From Octopus sinensis (Eukaryota): a stretch of DNA of 64,000 nt. The notes below the pieces were generated by a model, which saw only the letters and a program-made list of their open reading frames with translations, searched no databases and was not told the origin of the DNA. Positions 55,876 through 64,000 of the stretch are shown in pieces. The DNA lies in the NCBI RefSeq assembly GCF_006345805.1, contig NC_043018.1:28334001-28398000 (forward strand), in the 5' to 3' direction. Each line of letters starts with the position of its first letter. Position 1 is the first letter of the stretch. The translations under genes were made by a program, and so were the position numbers.

Positions 55876-56529
55876 AATGAAAGTACGAGAGTTAATTCTG
55901 CCATAAATGAATTGGATTTATTGAGTACAGTTTCAGCTATCATTTGAAACTGTTTACTTTTGAGCTATATATTCTGTTTTGCAAAAACATCCAGTCACTA
56001 AAACAATCACTTTTTTTGTTTCTAAGCTAATTATATTATTTTACACTTAAATATTTATTCCCGTGTAACAACTGGGAAGTAAGTTACGTAAGAATTTTTT
56101 GTCGTGAAAGAAAACAATCAACTGAAATTTATCATCCAACGCTTTCTTTTTATATAAAGAAGTTTTGACTTAGCTATTTCACTGTAATATTACGTTGATG
56201 TTGCGAATAAAATTTATCAAAGAAAAAAATCTCTTGGCATTCATCACCTATCACAAATAAAACTAACATACGTACATATATATTCTCAAAAGTGAGAGCT
56301 TTTGTGTTGTTGATAGTACTACTAGAAAGAGCGGCCAAATCCCCCATAAATAACACGACATGGAATTATGGACACTGAAATTTTACTCTATAAAGTGCAA
56401 CTAAATATATAGTCCTATTTATGTCTAATATAAATTATACACGTATTTATCAGAATAACGAAATAAAAAATAACTACAACAATAATTTCTGATATTTCAA
56501 AATTAAATATTAGTAACAATTATTATCAC

Positions 56530-56592
<63 letters not shown>

Positions 56593-57393
56593 CATTTTCA
56601 GAAATCAATTTATCTTTTATGATATGAAAACTAGAAAAAAATTATCCGTATCAATATAACGTACGATCAAATGGTAAAAGGCAAGAGAATTAATTGGATT
56701 TTCTTAGATTTCTTTTCCACTCAATTGTAATCGCTGTTTGTTCCCGGCTTATTTTTTACTGGACGAATGAGCAAATACAAACGAGCGACATAAATTTTCT
56801 CGGAGAATAGTAGCAAGAAATTCAGCTGCAAACAAACACACCGAGAAGGAACGAAACGAAAACGAACTTCAAAGAGAAGCGAAAGACAATCTGGAGAAGA
56901 ATATTCTCAAGAGAAGTGACATCGCAGTTTGGATAACGATGCTGAGAAACATAATGAAGCCCGAGGACAATTTTCTCAATTATCAGTCCGAATATGTTTG
57001 ATGCGCGTTTGAACTGGGAAACAAGCTACTCACTGCGTTTTGTCACGGAGAAAATATCTCGTTTGTTGACAAATGATGTGTATACACCTAGATCAGTTCG
57101 TAGCGCCACCTACCAAGACTGTGAGGTACTAGAATTTCGGAGTAGATATCTCTTCGTCAGTCACAAACCCCAGGCAGACTACACTACGAAATGATTGGAG
57201 AGATGACCTCTCTTATGCTTTTCCAGTCACCGTACGGTGGCTGGTAGCGCTATACGGTGGCTCACGTTAAGTAATTTACGGAAGGCAGTACTAAGCTGTG
57301 TTACATAAAACTGCAACTTTATTAGCAATCTGAATATGCTTGATGCACGTTCGGATTGCAACAAGCGAGATATACACTCCATGACAAAACGCG

Positions 57394-57555
57394 GTGAGTA
57401 CTTTGTTCCTAATGAAGAGATAACTACACCGAAATGCTAGCTAGAAACAAAATTCTTGCCGCAATTTTTACATGATTGTTTTGAGGGTAATTTTCAATAG
57501 CTATTCTCAAATAATTAATTAAGTTATATTCTAATATGTTCTTCCTTCTTTGCAG
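57394..57555 (+). other. Candidate 162-nt GT-AG intron
   Basis: cgcg|gtgagt donor; ttctaat branch-like site, polypyrimidine tract and tttgcag| acceptor; ATG at 57381. Confidence 0.4.
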
Positions 57556-57599
57556 ATTATACAATAGTAGTCTTCGTGTTTTACCTTTTTAAAAATTAA

Positions 57600-58380
57600 T
57601 TTAGTTCACCTGCGTATCAGACACTGGATGCTGTATGAGTTCAAATTACTCTTTAGCAATGGAAGGGGAAAGGAAGATTCATTCTTTCTATTGAAATGAA
57701 GCTTTAAATGTCCGGAAATGCCAACAACTGCTTCACTAATTTCTTTCGGAAATTTTTTCACTCGCTGATTACAATCGATCTGAACTACAAAGTTCTGTCA
57801 ATATTGAGCTGTTGAAAAGCCTTAGATGAAAATAACTCTAAAGCTAACAGTGCAGTAATTAACAAAGTGATCAAGACACACTTTGATGAACTACGAAATT
57901 GGTCTAATCTTAGTGTGATTCTTATCATCTGAGAGCTCCTCAGCTGAATCAATAAGCTATTGCCTGCTCATCATTGAAAGGTAGACTTCCAACCAAACAT
58001 TTTCTGGGTAGAATCATCACAAGTGATGAAAAGTAAGTATCCATATCCATACTGAACGAAAACTAAAATGGTTAGCAACCATTGTACTTTTCATGGCATG
58101 AATAAAAGTTCCTTGCTTTTCTAGTGAGCCATTTATTATGCCAAAGAAGGAAACCATGACACCTACATTTGTCAAGAACCTTTCACACATGATCCATTGA
58201 CCGTTAACAGAATGTCAAAACCAAGTGCTGCCTCTCCTGGAATGGTGAATTTTTTGTCATATTCCTCTAGTTTTGCGCTGGTATTGCCTCCATCGAAATC
58301 ATAAATTAGAACTTAGCTGAATTTGAGTACTTTAAGTCTAGCCTGTTTCTGAGTATTGTTAAAGTTAACAATCTCTACAT
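57600..58380 (+). mobile_element. Ancient decayed mariner transposase
   Basis: YEFKL, NEALNVRKCQ, VNIELLKSL, IKTH, FLGRIITSDEK* (RIVTGDEKW motif). Confidence 0.7.
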
Positions 58381-58438
58381 AAATTGTATAATTTATACAT
58401 ATCTATATATATACATACATGCATAAATGCATACGTAC

Positions 58439-58487
<49 letters not shown>

Positions 58488-58631
58488 TATACATATTCTT
58501 CTATTCTTTTATATGTTTCAGTCCAATGACTGCGGCCATGCTGGAGCATGTAATCATCTTTCCACTTTCCACCTTTGTTGAAGGATGGAGTCCGATGCTA
58601 CTGCACTCTTTTGAGTTTTTTGCTTAGATAT

Positions 58632-58885
58632 TGGCTCACCCTGGATCTCGGCAAGGCAGAGGTCAAGTTCGTTTGAAAACGTCTACATCCATTCCATGGA
58701 GGCTCCTCAGATGCTTCGACAGACATTTAAACAGCTGTGGGCACTCGAAACCCAAGTTATTGCAGTACATCGCTCTTGCCCGAGATGAAGCGGTCGGCAC
58801 AGTGGGGTAGGACAGTGACATCCTGTTCGTGCTCTGGTATAGCTCTTTATTCCAAAGTTTGGTACCAGTACTTCCAGTATCTTCC
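58632..58885 (-). mobile_element. CR1-like LINE ORF2 C-terminal fragment
   Basis: PQLFKCLSKHLRSLHGMDVDVFKR-LDL..EP. Confidence 0.6.
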
Positions 58886-58916
58886 ATATACATACATACA
58901 TACATACATACATACA

Positions 58917-58962
<46 letters not shown>

Positions 58963-59439
58963 CATCTAAAACCTATCAATCTACGTGCGTATGCAAAGCT
59001 GTATATGTGTGAAGTGTATAAGTATGGGTCCACATACATATACTATTTTTCGTATATTATGATATAAATCCGAACATCCATAGAATCGTTAGTTCTACTG
59101 CTACAGGAAATCTCTTTCCAATTTCTTCATATCTCTAAAACCTAACTTTGAAATTAGGCCAAATTTTTAATTTGATGAACAATTTAATGTAAACGATATA
59201 TCTACTTTATTTGATTTTTCAAAAACATTATCCTACATATTGTGGTTACTGTTGTTTTGTTGATTTTGCTGCTGCTGCTGCTGCTGGTATTCTTGTTGTT
59301 GTTGCTGTTTATGCTCTTCTTCTTCTTCTTCTTCTTCTTCTTCTTCTTCTTCTTCTTCTTCTTCTTCTTCTTTCTTCTTCTTCTTCTTCTCGTCATCATC
59401 ACCGTCATCGGCATCATCATCATCATCACCAACATCACC

Positions 59440-59484
<45 letters not shown>

Positions 59485-59751
59485 GACATCTAGCTATTAA
59501 TGTTACTTTCTTTTTTTCTCCCTTACTGACAATTCTAATTGTTCTTCTTCTAATTCTAACTCTAATTGTCAGCTACTCAGCTACGTGTGTCCTTTGATCA
59601 TTTACTCGATTTTGTAAAGAAAAAAAAACACGAGCATATAGTAGTATTAATCATACGAAAAGGTAAAATGCGTCTGTTGCGAGACAGACTTCAAATGCTA
59701 ATTACGCAGTGGAATTCACATAGAAATTGGCGGGGATATAAATGATGTATT

Positions 59752-59832
<81 letters not shown>

Positions 59833-59952
59833 GCGTGTGTGTGTCTGTGTCTGTGTGTGTATTTATATATATATATATATATAACCAATATTAAATCTCT
59901 AAAAGAGGTATATATATATATATATACAATATGTTACATTACTCGGTAGTCA

Positions 59953-60015
59953 AGATAAAACTCTGAGTTTCAGATGCCGAAGTGGAAATCCACAACACTA
60001 TCTCTTCGGTTATCT
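59953..60015 (-). ncRNA. pLTR hammerhead ribozyme, CCGAAGA core (unit 1)
   Basis: agataa-CCGAAGA-long stem II-t-GAA-actcagagt-T-ttatct. Confidence 0.65.
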
Positions 60016-60208
60016 GGCTATTTGAAAACGTTATGAAAAAATACCGTTAAAAATGAAGGGAAATTACTCTGTTATAACTCTGCTTTGCCTGCGTACTTAT
60101 ACATCGCTCGCATTTTTCGTCATAAAAATTATATAAAAATACATAAAAATATATAAAAATATATAAAAATATATAAATTCTTCTTGGGACATAACACAGA
60201 AATATGTT

Positions 60209-62313
60209 CTATCCGTTTTCTTTAGGGGACCAAAAACGTAACAGAAATTTAGTCACATGTGGGCATGATCCGAAAATCTCTGTCCTTGTATTTAGACATG
60301 TGGTAGGGTCTAAGCTGCTTTTCCAGATAAGCCATCTCTCCATGTCGCATAAACCGCACCTTCCGCTGCCGTTAGTATAGGGCTTACATCTGGCCAAAAT
60401 CTTCCATTGTGTTGTAATATCGACACCTTTATCTCTTAAAGACCAAATATGATTGGATAATTGTGTCGCTTTTCTTTTGTTCCAGTGCCTAAAGCTCAAA
60501 GTGTGGTTATTGAACCTGGCCTTGAAATTACCCTCTGTAAGGCCCACGTATTTCTTCGTCGAAACGGTGTCTTTAGTTGTTATAAAGTTTACGGTAGCTT
60601 CATATAAGAGGTCTTGGACATGCAAGCTCCTTTAGCGGGCACAATTCTTTATTCCTGCATGAACAGCTGTTTTCTTCTGTGTTTTTTGTATGTTATGATT
60701 GATTATGTTTTTAAAATTGGTAGTTGAACTAAAACTAATTTTTAAATTGTGTCTATTGAAAGTTTTCCTATAAGCATGGTTAACTGAAAATGTCTATCTA
60801 TCAGTGCTAGGAAATATTTCCTATATTGAAGGCCACCGGGTAAACCAGATGACCTTCCTATTTCTATTATTCCTTTTTCTTACTGTTGGGCTAGTGATAG
60901 GTGTATATTTTATTTTTTCGCTAAAACCACTATCTTTTAAAGCTTTATTATAAACTGGGGCAACGCTATTGAAGATGTCCTCATTAGATGAGAGGCTAGA
61001 AATCGTCTTACTAATATTTTTATCTAAATTTTTGAATACTATAGGGGGATGGCATGGACCTACATTAATATAACTTAGTCTATCATTGGGCTTCCTATAA
61101 GGCTTATAAATATTTTTATTAAGATCTAAGGAAACGTCTAAGAAATTGAGAACCGTCAGGTTAGTGTCTATAGTTATACTAAGTCCGAAGTGTTTCATTA
61201 ACTGGATAATATCCTTCCTAAAACGATCTTGTGCTGGTCCATTTGTATTAGCTGTTAAGGCGAGGGCATCATCTTTGTAGATGGCGAAATGTACGTTAGG
61301 GAATGTCTTACCGAAGGTATCTAGGAGAAAGAGTCCAATTAGATCACAGATGCCTGCCCCATCATATGAACCCATGCTCACATCGAAAGCGCCCTCCGTG
61401 TCGGTGTTTTTTTACCCACTTTGCATTCTCACTGAAAAGTAATGTCTTTCTAGCATGGAAGATTATATCCTTATCATTGGTACTAATTTCTATGAAGTCA
61501 CTAGCGAAGATTAGGGCTTTATCTAGCAGTTCTTTAGAGATAGAGGCATAAAAATCAACAATATCGAATTGTGTAAACCTCGCTTTTTTCTTATTCTTAA
61601 TAGCTTTAAACCAGTCTACGACTTCTATACTATTGGACCATTGCACTAGCCTAGTATCGGTCTTAATTTTCGTATTTATTTTATCTAAAATTTCTTTGCT
61701 AATAATCCCTAGTTCTGACTTGGCTGGGTTGATAAGCCTACATTTAGGGTTGGAAAGGAAGTTTTCTTTGTGATCTTTAATAGTAATAAAGGCCTCTTTT
61801 GGTGGGGAGGGCTTCTATTTTTTTTATCTAATTTAAGTTTAGCGGCGATGACGCTAGCTTCTTTATTAATTTCGTTATATGTCTGTGCCCTAGCCTTAGT
61901 ATAATTATTAATGATGCTGTTGTGTAAGAGTTGTGTGTATTTGCTGTTATCTACCAGGTATAAGTTCTTGGTTTTATCCGAAAAAAGTGCTTTTTTCTTG
62001 AGCTTTTTATATGATTAATATCTTTTTTCAATTTATGTTGGAAATCGTTAAAAGACTTACGAAATTTTATTTTGCTCATGATTTTCAGCAGGTCCGCTTC
62101 GAAATCTTCCAAGCCTTTAATCCTGGAGGGAATTTTTTGGATTTTATTCGATAGAAAATGTTTTCCTTGGTGTTCGCTTCTGTATCAAAAAAGAAGCCTT
62201 CCATCTCATACGCTTAATTACATCAGTAATTTTCTGCAGAAGTTTCTTAGAGTAAAAATCCTTTGATGGGATCGGTATATTTTTCATAGAATAATCTATG
62301 TGATATCGTCCAT
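60209..62313 (-). pseudogene. PLE polyprotein (RT-GIY-YIG) split by frameshifts
   Basis: ORF pieces 61362-61646, 60821-61381 and 60209-60625 plus an N-terminal piece join into one reading path. Confidence 0.85.
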
Positions 62314-62485
62314 TTTAGATTCTTTTGTTTGTGAGAGTCCTCAACCGATGTTAGGCGATAATCCCAAAAAGGTCGTATTAGCTCTTAGTTGAGAAAACGT
62401 CGTCCGGGAGGTGATTTATTGATAAAACGGTAAGATACAAAAGAAAGAAAGAGACCTCAATATTATGTAAATAGAGGAATTTATC

Positions 62486-64000
62486 TATACAATATGTTAC
62501 ATTACTCGGTAGTCAAGATAAAACTCTGAGTTTCAGATGCCGAAGTGGAAATCCACAACACCATCTCTTCGGTTATCTGGCTATTTGAAAACGTTATGAA
62601 AAAATACCGTTAAAAATGAAGGGAAATTACTCTGTTATAACTCTGCTTTGCCTGCGTACTTATACATCGCTCGCATTTTTCGTCATAAAAATTATATAAA
62701 AATACATAAAAATATATAAAAAATATATAAAAAATATATAAATCTTCTTGGGACATAACACAGAAATATGTTCTATCCGTTTTCTTTAGGGGACCAAAAA
62801 CGTAACAGAAATTTAGTCACATGTGGGCATGATCCGAAAATCTCTGTCCTTGTATTTAGACATGTGGTAGGGTCTAAGCTGCTTTTCCAGATAAGCCATC
62901 TCTCCATGTCGCATAAACCGCACCTTCCGCTGCCGTTAGTATAGGGCTTACATCTGGCCAAAATCTTCCATTGTATGTTATAATCGACACCTTTATCTCT
63001 TAAAGACCAAATATGATCGGATAATTGTGTCGCTTTTCTTTTGTTCCAGTGCCTAAAGCTCAAAGTGTGGTTATTGAACCTGGCCTTGAAATTACCCTCT
63101 GTAAGGCCCACGTATTTCTTCGTCGAAACGGTGTCTTTAGTTGTTATAGAGTTTACGGTAGCTTCATATATGATGGTCTTGACATGCAAGCTCCATTTAG
63201 CGGGCACATTCTTTATTCCTGCATGAACAGCTGTTTTCTTCTTGTGTTTTTTGTATGTTATGATTGATTATGTTTTTAAAATTGGTAGTTGAACTAAAAC
63301 TAATTTTTAAATTGTGTCTATTGAAGAGTTTCCTATAAGCATGGTTAACTGGAAAATGTCTATCTATCAGTGCTAGGAAATATTTACCTATATTGAAGGC
63401 CACCTCGGGTAAACCAGATGACCTTCCTATTTCTATTATTCCTTTTTCTTACTGTTGGGCTAGTGATAGGTGTATATTTTATTTTTTCGCTAAAACCACT
63501 ATCTTTTAAAGCTTTATTATAAACTGGGGCAACGCTATTGAAGATGTCCTCATTAGATGAGAGGCTAGAAATCGTCTTACTAATATTTTTATCTAAATTT
63601 TTGAATACTATAGGGGGATGGCATGAACCTACATTAATATAACTTAGTCTATCATTGGGCTTCCTATAAGGCTTATAAATATTTTTATTAAGATCTAAGG
63701 AAACGCCTAAGAAATTGAGAACCGTCAGGTTAGTGTCTATAGTTATACTAAGTCCGAAGTGTTTCATTAACTGGATAATATCCTTCCTAAAACGATCTTG
63801 TGCTGGTCCATTTGTATTAGCTGTTAAGGCGAGGGCATCATCTTTGTAGATGGCGAAATGTACGTTAGGGAATGTCTTACCGAAGGTATCTAGGAGAAAG
63901 AGTCCAATTAGATCACAGATGCCTGCCCCATCATATGAACCCATGCTCACATCGAAAGCGCCCTCCGTGTCGGTGTTTTTTACCCACTTTGCATTCTCAC
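62486..64000 (-). mobile_element. Penelope-like element, unit 2 (runs off the window)
   Basis: Nearly identical to unit 1 at an offset of 2563 bp; ORFs 62773-63207, 63197-63403, 63384-63950. Confidence 0.95.
62516..62578 (-). ncRNA. pLTR hammerhead ribozyme, CCGAAGA core (unit 2)
   Basis: As unit 1 but with intact gatg/catc stem II; lies ~200 nt upstream of the unit 1 ATG. Confidence 0.68.

Larger units (their letters stand above)
59923..62485 (-). mobile_element. Penelope-like element, unit 1 of a tandem array (RT + C-terminal GIY-YIG)
   Basis: ATG at 62313; YSMKNIPIPS..IKRMRWKA, RLINPAKSELG, FDIVDFYASI, SMGSYDGA, YKDD, IIYEA..YVGLTEGNFKARFNNH, CGLCDMER; frameshifted; 3' end adjoins (TA)n. 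Confidence 0.95.

Overview
Eukaryotic, AT-rich, microsatellite-saturated DNA. The tRNA-derived SINE families and repeat landscape suggest an octopus/cephalopod genome (inference). No intact host protein-coding gene is evident; most ORFs in the track are artefacts of (TA)n, (CA)n, (GAT)n, (TAA)n and (GATA)n repeats. The window is a transposon graveyard with dozens of SINEs, decayed mariner/Tc1 transposases, LINE fragments (R4/Dong-like RLE, RTE, L1/Tx1, CR1), a Helitron-like element, MITEs, a U6 snRNA copy and a head-to-tail dimer of a Penelope-like element (RT + GIY-YIG) at 59.9-64 kb. The most striking signal is a set of about 10 type I hammerhead ribozyme (HHR)-like motifs with palindromic stem III, in Penelope terminal repeats and in short inverted-repeat-bounded elements lodged in (TA)n. 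Their cores differ (CUGANGA, CCGANGA, a G3-C8 covariant GUGAACA, possible U3-A8 UUGANAA), and one element couples a tRNA-like Pol III head to an HHR. All alignments and folds were done by eye; none was computed.
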